Assembly: GCA_024626585.2 (NCBI GenBank)
Contig: JANKJI020000002.1
Location: 166,178,166-166,197,611 of the forward strand
Origin: Ginkgo biloba
Taxonomy: Eukaryota > Plantae > Ginkgophyta
Length of the DNA stretch: 19,446 bases
Reading direction: 5' to 3'
Position numbers and translations under genes: made by a program. The notes beneath the pieces were generated by a model. The model was given only the letters and a program-made list of their open reading frames with translations, made no database searches and was not told the DNA's origin. Of the stretch, positions 9,909 through 19,446 are shown piece after piece (within the stretch, counting starts at the first letter, position 1; every line of letters starts with the position of its first letter).

Positions 9909-10091
9909 GCCAAAGTTGGAACTGAAGGAGCTGAAGAATGTGGGTACATGGAGGAGTGGTTTAATTATCGGCTATCCAGAGCTGCACCTGATGTGTGTGC
10001 TGACTTTCTTGGAAGTTTTGTGTCTGATACAACACGTGGACNNNNNNNNNNGTTCACAGAAGGTGGGAAGTGGCTAGTGTGGAAGTTTGAG
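9909..10091 (+). CDS. STN8: STN8 thylakoid Ser/Thr kinase, first visible internal exon (not in the ORF track)
   Basis: Acceptor ttctatag ends at 9908 and donor GAG|gtgtgt starts at 10092. Manual translation gives AKVGTEGAEECGYMEEWFNYRLSRAAPDVCADFLGSFVSDTTRG[10 N]FTEGGKWLVWKFE, matching the EEWFNYRLSRAAP...FLGSFV...GGKWLVW.FE segment I recall from plant STN8. Phase 0, joins in frame to the next exon. Confidence 0.93.
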
Positions 10092-10299
10092 GTGTGTTAA
10101 ACTTCCAAAATGGCCAATATCAGTGAAATTTATTTATGTGACTAATTGACTGAACTGAGGAAACGAGGATATAGATAATCGTTTTCTTCCCTTCAGTTAC
10201 AGTTGTTTTCTGAATATGTTTCGCCTCTCTCATCCATCAACTTCCAAAGCTTAAGTTGAGACTCATCAAACAGGATGCTTAACACTTGTATGTATGCAG
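10092..10299 (+). other. STN8 GT-AG intron, 208 bp, phase 0
   Basis: gtgtgt...tatgcag; removal joins KFE to GDSTLAD in frame. Confidence 0.92.
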
Positions 10300-10704
10300 G
10301 GAGACTCAACCCTGGCAGATTTTATGAAAGATCGCGACTTCCCTAAGAATTTAGAGGAGATCATGTTTGGGCGAAGCTTGAAAGGCCTAGATTCTCTTGG
10401 AAGAAATTCATTAATCATTAAACAAATTATGCGTCAGATCATCAGCTCACTGAAGAAAATTCATGGGACTGGCATTGTACATCGGGATGTGAAACCTTCC
10501 AACCTCGTTGTGACAAAGAAGGGAAAGGTAAAGCTTATAGATTTTGGTGCTGCAACTGATCTTCGTGTCGGCAAAAACTTTGTACCTGATCGTGGAATGC
10601 TTGATCCTGATTACTGTCCCCCGGAACTTTATGTACTTCCCGAGGAGACACCGAAGCCCCCGCCTGAACCTATAGCTGCCGCTCTTTCTCCAATTCTGTG
10701 GCAG
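10300..10704 (+). CDS. STN8: STN8 kinase exon carrying the catalytic loop and activation segment
   Basis: Acceptor tatgcag (AG 10298-10299) and donor CAG|gtatga at 10705; 135 codons. Contains GIVHRDVKPSNLVV, KLIDFGAATDLRVGKN, LDPDYCPPELYVLPEETP and LSPILWQ. DFG and DPDYCPPE indicate STN8 rather than STN7, which I recall as DLG...DPRYAAPE. Confidence 0.96.
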
Positions 10705-10795
10705 GTATGACCAAATTGCTATACTTCTACCTTTAATCACATCACTTGATTAAGGTGTATCTCATCTTGTGCTTGCTAACTGTCAAATTTTGCAG
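10705..10795 (+). other. STN8 GT-AG intron, 91 bp, phase 0
   Basis: gtatga...gctaac...ttttgcag; removal joins ILWQ to LNSPDLFD in frame. Confidence 0.95.
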
Positions 10796-11143
10796 CTCAA
10801 CAGTCCAGATCTGTTCGACATGTACTCTGTAGGAGTAATTTTTCTTCAAATGGCCAGTCCGAGTCTGAGGAGACCATCAGGTATTCGGACATTCAAATCA
10901 GAAATAAAAGAAGCTAGGTATGATTTGAAAAAATGGAGGCAAGAAACTCGACTAAGGCTTGACACGGGCATACTTGACTCTGATGGTGGTAAAGGCTGGG
11001 ATATAGCCACGAAGCTTATTTCTGAGAGAGGGTTCTTGAGACGTGGTCGGTTATCTGCATCTGCAGCTTTGAGGCATCCTTACTTCTTACTAGCTGGGGA
11101 TCAAGCAGCAGCAGCACTTTCCAAGATTACTTTTGCCAAGTAA
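10796..11143 (+). CDS. STN8: STN8 kinase, last coding exon
   Basis: Branch-point-like gctaac (10775-10780) and acceptor ttttgcag ending 10795. Translates LNSPDLFDMYSVG...GWDIATKLISERGFLRRGRLSASAALRHPYFLLAGDQAAAALSKITFAK then TAA, the short C-terminus typical of STN8. Confidence 0.96.
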   Translation, partial: LNSPDLFDMYSVGVIFLQMASPSLRRPSGIRTFKSEIKEARYDLKKWRQETRLRLDTGILDSDGGKGWDIATKLISERGFLRRGRLSASAALRHPYFLLAGDQAAAALSKITFAK

Positions 11144-11997
11144 CCAACTGCAAGAGTCATATAGAATTTCTCTCTGTACCATTCGAACAGAACACACCTT
11201 CGACGGATCCGTTTTCATTGCTGTAGCCATTTGCGAATTTAAATGTGATTGATTCTGCCTTCTATCCTTATTAGCAGCATCTCCTAATGTATCTAAGGCT
11301 GGTTTCTTTTCCACCTTAATACCTCATGGTAGCAATTACAAAAAAATTGGGATCAATATCTAAATCCCAATGTCGCTTAATTGGTCTCTCTCGCTTAAAA
11401 TGGTATGCAAGGCATGGAGTGCGAGTGGCAATTTGGCACTCAACATTGTAATTTGCAGGTGATCACTTCTGTATTCCATAAATACGAGATGGAAAGCCCG
11501 GTGCTCCTGTCATATGTTTTCGTGCGAAACCTTGCATATAGAACTTCGTTTGTATTTTTGAAGGTCGTNNNNNNNNNNNNNNNNNNNNNNNNNNNNNNNN
11601 NNNNNNNNNNNNNNNNNNNNNNNNNNNNNNNNNNNNNNNNNNNNNNNNNNNNNNNNNNNNNNNNNNNNNNNNNNNNNNNNNNNNNNNNNNNNNNNNNNNN
11701 NNNNNNNNNNNNNNNNNNNNNNNNNNNNNNNNNNNNNNNNNNNNNNNNNNNNNNNNNNNNNNNNNNNNNNNNNNNNNNNNNNNNNNNNNNNNNNNNNNNN
11801 NNNNNNNNNNNNNNNNNNNNNNNNNNNNNNNNNNNNNNNNNNNNNNNNNNNNNNNNNNNNNNNNNNNNNNNNNNNNNNNNNNNNNNNNNNNNNTGGCAAC
11901 GCATAGCCAAGATTAAGTATTGCATGCTGAATTTGCAAGACCATAAATCCAGTTGCTTCACAAAAATCCAACAATAAGGTGAACCCTCTTGTAAGTC

Positions 11998-12142
11998 AAA
12001 ATTAGGAGGCCGAACCAATTTATAGTAAAAAATAATGGATTAAAACCTTTGTATAAGTTAAAAATAGTAGGTCGAACCTTATTCAAGGCAAAAATAGCTT
12101 GCCAAAACCTTATAGAGGTCAAAATTCGCAGTTTGAACACTT
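11998..12142. repeat. Degenerate ~30-32-bp tandem array, about 5 units
   Basis: Units start near 11998, 12028, 12060, 12090 and 12121, each roughly AAAAT...(G/A)AAC(C/A)...AG/GG, e.g. aaaattaggaggccgaacc, aaaaatagtaggtcgaacc, aaaaatagcttgccaaaacc. Confidence 0.65.
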
Positions 12143-12659
12143 AGGAAGCAACAATATGATGAGGCTAACTTTCCTAACATTGTAAAACAATGGACACAAT
12201 AGATAAAGTTCAATGCAACAACAAAAAAATAGTTTTTGAGTGAAATTGGCACAAGACAAAGTGCATTAAATGCCAAGTGCATTAAAATAAAGAAAAACAA
12301 ACAAGTTGAACTCTCCTCAAGACAAATACTTGACAATGGCAACATTAATAAGTTTGTTACTACCTATTTATATTACATATATATGGTTGCTTGTTGCTTG
12401 GGCACATTCTTCAAGGTGAGGTCCACCCATGGTGGGTTCAATTTTGATTAGGTTGCCTTTTACAACTTAAGTTGACTTGTGAGCCTACTTGGCAATTCAA
12501 TTGAGTTCGTACAACTAAAATAGACCTGTCAAGCTCGACTTTTGAAGCTGAAGCTGAAATTGTTGTGCAGCGTGCTAAGGTTAGAAACAGGCAAATTTTG
12601 GCCCCAATCATACATCTACTTGCTTGATAACATATTGCCCTTAATGAGTGTTGATTTGT

Positions 12660-13172
12660 ATAATGTGGCACAACATTGTTAAGTATTGAAAATGCTACCT
12701 TCAATACACACACATGAAATTGCCGAGTGTATCTTTACATGTCTTGGTAGTTCTAACTTGTAAAACATTATTTTTTATATTCAACAATATCTTAGATGGG
12801 CCAAAATTTTGTGCTTATAACAATGTGTGCTTCCTTCCTGACAAAGAAGTATTAGGCTTCACTCTTTTATAGACCACATCACCCACCTCAAAAGAACGGG
12901 GTGTCTTGTTTTGGTCCATATATAATTTGGCTCTTGCTTGAGCCATTTCCATGTATGATTTAGTTTTTTGCAACTCATTCCCCATTTCATATGACATTTG
13001 GAAGACACTTGTTTAGCCTTTGAAGTTATTCAATTCAATATCTAATAGACTCAACAAATCAAAACCATCCATTGCATTGAGAGGTGCCAATCATACGGTA
13101 GTGTTTGGTATTATTATATGCAAACTCTACAAAAGGCAATTTCTCTTCTCACGAATCTTGTTTAGTTGTTAC
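12660..13172 (-). pseudogene. Ty3/Gypsy integrase C-terminal remnant (end of core plus GPY/F module)
   Basis: Across frameshifts: KQDS*EEKLPFVEFAYNNTKH ... AQARAKLYMDQNKTPRSFEVGDVVYKRVKP ... NFGPSKIL ... YKLELPRHVKIHSA/FHVCVLK. No chromodomain recognised. Confidence 0.85.
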
Positions 13173-14170
13173 ATTTACTCATTGATTGGAATGTAATGTA
13201 GGCAGCAATTTTGTTGCAAAGGATTGAGTTGAAAGGAGAAACCCCTATTAAACAGCAATCTTGACTATGAAATCCAACCCTAAGTGTATTATTGTTTCAT
13301 TACATAGAATCACTACAATAAGCTGTCAAAGAAACCTCTTCATCTATTGATCCTCTTCAAGCATGACCTGAGACAAAAACTACAATAACAGTTGTATAGT
13401 TCTGAGACTTGGGGAGAAGGGATTAAAATAAGCTTACCAATCTGCAAAAGAAAAGAATGTCACTCCTGTTCTATTTTAATTTTTGCTACAAGAACCCAAT
13501 TCTCATTGAAGCACACCCACCATAACAGGGTTAATCTTTGGAAATTAAAAAATGCTTAGATGTTCTTTCCAAAGTTGGAAGGGCCTGGAACTAAAGGCAG
13601 CTTGTAAGGACTAAAAGACGTGTATTTCAGAAGGCAATGCAAAATTGAAGTGAGCATTACATAAAACAAGCAAGATGTTGAAGGGAAAATAAGTGAGCTC
13701 GGATGGTTCTCCCAACTCCTTCCAAGCAAAATACGGGCCCATGAATAAAAAGGAAAATGACTCCATGTACTTGGTTCAAGTGGCTTCTAATAATGTCTAG
13801 AAAGTTGAAAGAGTGAAAAAAAAAATTGTAAGCTTATTCAAAGTATTTGTCCAATGTTCATCATTGTTGGTAAGCAAATTGGATATATAAATAATAAGAA
13901 TATTGAATAAACTCGAAGAGATTCAACCATCTGCAAGATGGGGAACAGGGGGACATGGGCACAAAACACCGTTCAAAATAGTGTAAATAAAATATCACAA
14001 GTTGCACTGCAGCAACCTCCAAATCATGAATGAACTATCCAGGAGACACTGAAAATCTTAACTGGCTTAANNNNNNNNNNNNNNNNNNNNNNNNNNNNNN
14101 NNNNNNNNNNNNNNNNNNNNNNNNNNNNNNNNNNNNNNNNNNNNNNNNNNNNNNNNNNNNNNNNNNNNNN

Positions 14171-14520
14171 AATACCTACATGATGCATATATCATATTGC
14201 AAGGAAATAAATCTTACCATCTTAGTGATTTTATCCACCACAAGTAATGTCTAATTATGTTGCTTTCGAGTCTTCCACAATCATGTGAAAATTGCCTAAA
14301 AACACTTCCCCATTTATTTCTTGGTACTGGTGAAGGCATAATTCTTGATTTGCCTTCACCATTAGACAAGTCTTATAAGCCATGAACTAATCTACATCAT
14401 GTTTTTCTACTACCATCTTTCTTGTAGTCACATGATCATATCCCTTTGTATGTGAATTCCTAAGGAACTATGATGTAGCTCATAAAAGGATCTTATATTT
14501 GAACTTGATATGCTAGTACT
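14171..14520 (-). pseudogene. Ty3/Gypsy integrase N-terminal remnant (zinc-finger region and start of core)
   Basis: Fragments YELHHSSLG, KHDVD*FMAYKTCLMVKA, MPSPVPRNKWGSVF and KTRKQHN*TLLVVDKITKMVRFI (compare PLP.P...W and VVVDRLTKM.HF). Confidence 0.75.
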
Positions 14521-16261
14521 CACAAATTTGTACAATCATGGTGGATATGAAGCTTGAGGAGATGTTATTTATTATGAAGTGCTTTAATTTTCTTCTTTCA
14601 TCACTCATCCTATTTTTTAGTTTTCTTGGTCTCTTAACCATGGTGGCTGAAGGGTGGAATCACAAGTTCTTTTTTGGTATATTGGAAATAGGAGTCAAAG
14701 ACAATGGTATGCAATTGTACTCCCAATTATAGGATGTATATGGTTATTACACCATGCCATCCCAACTCGTGTTGCAAGATGTGAAAAGATGTCACGTCCA
14801 CTTTCTAATTAAAGTTTGGGAATGTGTCATTACTAGTTGTGGAGCAGACAACTATTTGATAAATACACTTCAAGCATAATTGATGAAGACCCATTTGTTA
14901 GAGCTAAGTCTATGAATGGAGTGGAATCAAGTGTTCCTTATGTACTACAGGAGAATGCCTAATGATCTTGATTATACAAGAGTAGAAATACTCAAACAAA
15001 AGTTGTAAAATATTATGAGGGAAAGCACTAACAAGTTGGGCCACCTTGATCACTTAAATGATTTTTTTTATATGATTGATAAGTTTGAATTAGATGAAGT
15101 ATCATTGGACCTCCTTAATCCTAAATGCGTCAAGGCCATTCTTAAGAGGAGGGATAATATCATCTTTGAATTTATGCACAATTTGGAGGAGAGAGTGAAC
15201 TAGTTGGTAGNNNNNNNNNNNNNNNNNNNNNNNNNNNNNNNNNNNNNNNNNNNNNNNNNNNNNNNNNNNNNNNNNNNNNNNNNNNNNNNNNNNNNNNNNN
15301 NNNNNNNNNNNNNNNNNNNNNNNNNNNNNNNNNNNNNNNNNNNNNNNNNNNNNNNNNNNNNNNNNNNNNNNNNNNNNNNNNNNNNNNNNNNNNNNNNNNN
15401 NNNNNNNNNNNNNNNNNNNNNNNNNNNNNNNNNNNNNNNNNNNNNNNNNNNNNNNNNNNNNNNNNNNNNNNNNNNNNNNNNNNNNNNNNNNNNNNNNNNN
15501 NNNNNNNNNNNNNNNNNNNNNNNNNNNNNNNNNNNNNNNNNNNNNNNNNNNNNNNNNNNNNNNNNNNNNNNNNNNNNNNNNNNNNNNNNNNNNNNNNNNN
15601 NNNNNNNNNNNNNNNNNNNNNNNNNNNNNNNNNNNNNNNNNNNNNNNNNNNNNNNNNNNNNNNNNNNNNNNNNNNNNNNNNNNNNNNNNNNNNNNNNNNN
15701 NNNNNNNNNNNNNNNNNNNNNNNNNNNNNNNNNNNNNNNNNNNNNNNNNNNNNNNNNNNNNNNNNNNNNNNNNNNNNNNNNNNNNNNNNNNNNNNNNNNN
15801 NNNNNNNNNNNNNNNNNNNNNNNNNNNNNNNNNNNNNNNNNNNNNNNNNNNNNNNNNNNNNNNNNNNNNNNNNNNNNNNNNNNNNNNNNNNNNNNNNNNN
15901 NNNNNNNNNNNNNNNNNNNNNNNNNNNNNNNNNNNNNNNNNNNNNNNNNNNNNNNNNNNNNNNNNNNNNNNNNNNNNNNNNNNNNNNNNNNNNNNNNNNN
16001 NNNNNNNNNNNNNNNNNNNNNNNNNNNNNNNNNNNNNNNNNNNNNNNNNNNNNNNNNNNNNNNNNNNNNNNNNNNNNNNNNNNNNNNNNNNNNNNNNNNN
16101 NNNNNNNNNNNNNNNNNNNNNNNNNNNNNNNNNNNNNNNNNNNNNNNNNNNNNNNNNNNNNNNNNNNNNNATTCAAGTAATTTTTCCATGTATAAATTGA
16201 ATGCAATACTTAAGATTATTTTAATTTATGTTTATTAATTTTCTCCTTCATCATGCATTAA

Positions 16262-16700
16262 CAAAATTCTAATAGCTACACCATTAATGTTAGTCAGTAA
16301 TGTTTGAAAATATTTTGAAAGATCATGAAGAGTTAATGTTGTGGATTACATCAATTTTACCTTTAATTGATCAAAGTAAGCTTGATGATTATAATAATTG
16401 TCTTCAATAATTTAGGTAAAGGTGTTGCAATCTTGGAGAAATTTCAAACAAATGTCTTGTAAGGACTAAACCAAATCCAAAAAGGTTCCTACATCATGAA
16501 CATTCATCAAAGTAGGCTATTTTTTACTAATTGGATAATGCTTAACTACCATAAAGTCAAAAGAGGACCTATCTAAAACACATTGATTATAAAGTTTCCA
16601 TGNNNNNNNNNNTATCATTGATCTATATCTCAGTGGGAAAATCAAAATTTCCCAATGTGATTCTTGAATTAAATTATCTCCAAGGATAATAACAAAATGT
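16262..16700 (-). pseudogene. Ty3/Gypsy RT C-terminus, connection and RNase H start, heavily decayed
   Basis: LKHFVIILGDNLI (degenerate YxDD region), NVHDVGTFL, YKTFV*NFSKIATPLPKLLK and QAYFDQLKVKLM*STTLTLHDLSKYF...TNINGVAIRIL (compare TDAS..AIGAVL). Confidence 0.75.
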
Positions 16701-17029
16701 TTAAGGACAAAGAAATAGTAAGTAGGGTGTTGCTAACTTCATTCTCTTTTGTTAACACCATAAATTGAACAAGAGAAGACTTGTCAACAAAAGGTTGCTC
16801 AATTGTGAGTTCTTTTAATATCACAAGAGGCTCAAAAGCCATCTAAGCAAATTGTTAATGATCTAGGATCTTAGTGTTCACTTCCATCTTTGGTAGCCTT
16901 AGATCTACATAAAAATTAAAGTAGAAAAACACATGGAATTAGTAATTACCAATCAATAGATAAAAATTGGTTTGGGACAAATGTTGTCAATAAATGAGAC
17001 TTTATTTTTATAAATAAAACATCATAAAC

Positions 17030-17309
17030 ACTACATAGACACATTTACACAACACATATTTATACATATATGATAAAAATATAAATANNNNNNNNNNGTA
17101 ATTTTTATATGTATGCACATATTTAATCAATGATATACATACATACATACATATGTGCATATATACATACATACATATATACGTACATGCATGTGTGTAT
17201 GTGTGTTTGTAAAATTATATGTTTATGTCTATGTTCATATACAGGTGTATGTATATATGTCAATAGGTATAAAATATGTGTGTATATGTGTACTAAAAAT
17301 ATAGGTGTA
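17030..17309. repeat. Low-complexity TA/TACA/TG compound microsatellite region
   Basis: atacatacatacatac, atatacatacatacatatat, gtgtgtatgtgtgt and similar runs. Confidence 0.85.
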
Positions 17310-17409
17310 NNNNNNNNNNNNNNNNNNNNNNNNNNNNNNNNNNNNNNNNNNNNNNNNNNNNNNNNNNNNNNNNNNNNNNNNNNNNNNNNNNNNNNNNNNN
17401 NNNNNNNNN

Positions 17410-18534
17410 TCTCTTGCTAACTCTACTTTTTCTCATACTTCACATAGAACTACTGGTTCCTCTTCATCAGGCCCTTCCATGGTCTCATTAGGAATCCTCT
17501 CTATCGAATCCTTTAGTTTCTCCGTCTACGGAGCACAACATGCCTCCATATGTGACTCTCCCACTTGTTCCCCTTGTAGAACTATCACTAGTGCCTCGCA
17601 TAACACTTTCACTAGATCCTTAAATAAAACCTCTATGCTCTCTTGTCCATCACATAGGACTATCTCCTCATAACTTGTGTGGGATTTGGTAATGTATATG
17701 GGCTCACCCCCATCCACTAAGACACCTAGGTAACCAACCATGATGCTCATCAATTCTATAGTATGGTAGCCTAGGTACATACATTTTAACAAACTCACAG
17801 ACCATTCATCCATCCTCATTGTTATCTTGTTGACCTCTCTTGGGATTGCTTACCCTTTTTCTCTATCTTAGGTATCATCAACACTCCTCTTATTGGTGAA
17901 CTCCTTACCTCTTCTAGTGTTGTTTCCATCCTTTTCTCTACTACTTGAGTCTTGCTCATTTTCTTTATCTAAGCTGAGTTGGTCATCGATTCTTCTCCTT
18001 CTTGTCTCGCCTCCTCATGTCTTGCACAACACTTAAAATCTTGATGCCCTTCCAGTCTCCACTAGTAAAAAATGATAGTCCACTTTTCATATTCTTTTTC
18101 GCTCTAGAAGGTTTGGTATTCTCTATCTCTTCCTCTTCGTGGTTGAGACTTGTGTCTTATCTCCCATCATGGGCAACACTTTTCCCTCAGCTGATTGATG
18201 CTCCATTCAAACCACTTTGCAAGTCCATCATACCTCTTCTCATAAGATATATTCTAGGTGCATTTATTACTAACCTTCCTTCCACCATCAATGTTAGTTG
18301 GTATGCCTCTTTAACCAACATAATCCTCTACGCATATAGTCTTAGCAATATGACTAGTAACTTCACCACGTCGCTTGGTCCTTGCTCCTCTCTTTATTCC
18401 TCTTCTTCTAACTCTGACTCTATTTCATTCCTATGTCTTTGGGTTTCACTCTACAACCTCTCTATCTTCCTTCTCAAGGCTTCAATTTCTTTGTTTTATG
18501 TTGCTTCTCTTTTTATGGTAGTTGTAGGTTCCAT
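17410..18534 (-). pseudogene. gag: gag(-protease) pseudogene with the core gag domain deleted
   Basis: MEPTTTIKREAT*NKEIEALRRKIERL*...EEQGPSDVVKLLVILLR joins directly to LYA*RIMLVKEAYQLTLMVEGRL. Further on, SYEEIVLCD...MEAC resembles the Y.D.V.CDV.PM.AC protease-region motif. Confidence 0.75.
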
Positions 18535-18693
18535 CTTTACCTCTGTCTAGCTACTTCATAGATATGCTTATAGTTATTTATCCTCACTGTAATTTTGTGC
18601 TTCACCCTCAACTCTTTCTCATGGGCTTCTTACTTTGATACTAGATGATGGTATCAAACTACCTTTGCCAACACCTTCTAATGAGAAATTGTT

Positions 18694-18704
18694 CTCTGAT
18701 ACTA
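18694..18704 (-). promoter_or_regulatory. Primer binding site, tRNA-Met type
   Basis: Minus-strand TAGTATCAGAG, 2 nt after a CATCA LTR end. Confidence 0.75.
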
Positions 18705-19446
18705 GATGATGCAATTGGCCTATAGAAATAGTCTTTGTTGGTTAATACTTTTGTAGTCCTACTGATGGACTATTCTTCTTGTTGATCATAACATGCACAG
18801 TGCATTGATGGTTGCTACCCCAATGTCCCTACCATCAATCACTTCCAAGATCTCATCCAAGTGATGAGTTACTCTGTTTCTCATTGGGTCCCATAAATGG
18901 GCTCTCTCTGACTTTCATTGTCTCATGGACACTCATCGTCCTCATCGATTCATAGGATCCTTAGGGGAGCTCACTCACACATGCTACAACAACATTCATA
19001 CACACACATATATGCATTAATTAAACACATAGACTAACTAGACATAGGAATCATACAAAGACACTTTTTGAACTGGAGAAATGCTTATGGGAAATAAAAC
19101 TCCAGGATAACATTAGCTTTAACACAATCAAGGTTTATAATTAAACATCATTGTTCTTCCTAACTATCGAAGGGGATTATATTTAATCTTTTGAACCCCT
19201 TCTTGGAGCCCTATAAGTGCACTCCTATAAATACGCATCAAACCATCTACATTTTTTCTCCACCCAACCATTGATCAACCTCTTCTCTCATCGACTATCC
19301 CTACTTCTCTATGACTGCTTCTCTCTATTATCGTCATCCTGTTCTCATGCACCTCCTTTGCACTACTACCCGATCGCCTCTATCAGTGATTCTATTAATT
19401 CTCTCCTCCACTCAGTGGCTTTCTCTCAGTCAACATTCTTCTATGT

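Larger units (their letters stand above)
17410..19446 (-). mobile_element. Second CRM-like Ty3/Gypsy element (5' LTR, PBS, internally deleted gag); extends beyond the window
   Basis: The minus strand reads ...TTGCATCA-tc-TAGTATCAGAG (LTR end at 18707, PBS 18694-18704), the same junction layout as at 7045-7058. The gag start is homologous to that at 8329, with a 21-nt exact match (18469-18489 versus 8374-8394). The far LTR boundary is not determined. Confidence 0.78.

Noticed and set aside
10300-11143. Assignment as STN7 or a generic CDK-like kinase
   Set aside because: DFG, DPDYCPPELYVLPEETP and the short C-terminus fit STN8.
11998-12142. CRISPR-like periodicity
   Set aside because: Eukaryotic context, degenerate abutting units, no unique spacers and no cas genes.
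14540-15210. Possible protease remnant (minus strand, VGMAWC...HPII) or LINE-like KAILKRRDNIIF (plus strand)
   Set aside because: Motifs too short and inconsistent with the neighbouring domain order; left unassigned.
15172-16238. ORFs of ~330-344 aa (also 11405-12018, 752-1321 and similar)
   Set aside because: Made largely of, or joined across, N gaps; artefacts.
13601-16470. Exact 15-mer cttgtaaggactaaa at 13601 and 16456
   Set aside because: Flanks do not align; one such match is plausible by chance in AT-rich sequence of this length.
18002-18550. 182-aa hydrophobic plus-strand ORF that looks like a membrane protein
   Set aside because: Antisense shadow of the purine-rich gag on the minus strand.
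19224-19233. Plus-strand TATA-like CTATAAATA
   Set aside because: Wrong strand for the minus-oriented LTR and no supporting downstream feature in the window.

Overview
Gapped draft-assembly window of a land-plant nuclear genome. The TE-filled long intron and decayed Ty3/Gypsy content suggest a large-genome plant such as a gymnosperm (inference only). The one intact host gene is the 3' part of the chloroplast thylakoid kinase STN8 on the + strand: three phase-0 exons at 9909-10091, 10300-10704 and 10796-11143. Its N-terminal exons are not visible, so the upstream ~9.9 kb is probably one long intron. That region holds a TSD-bounded, CRM-like Ty3/Gypsy LTR element (5726-9428, TSD CTTGT) with three LTR copies, Met-tRNA PBS motifs and a dead gag. 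Its LTRs are very rich in CCGAC (DRE/CRT core) motifs. A decayed PMD-like retroelement extra ORF lies further upstream. Downstream of STN8 are minus-strand RT/RNaseH and integrase remnants, a non-TE-looking segment with strong splice signals, a ~31-bp degenerate tandem array, and a second related LTR element whose gag lacks its core domain through an in-frame deletion. I see no solid evidence for a wholly new biological system. The best lead is the DRE/CRT-dense, sense-oriented LTR just upstream of the STN8 kinase exons.
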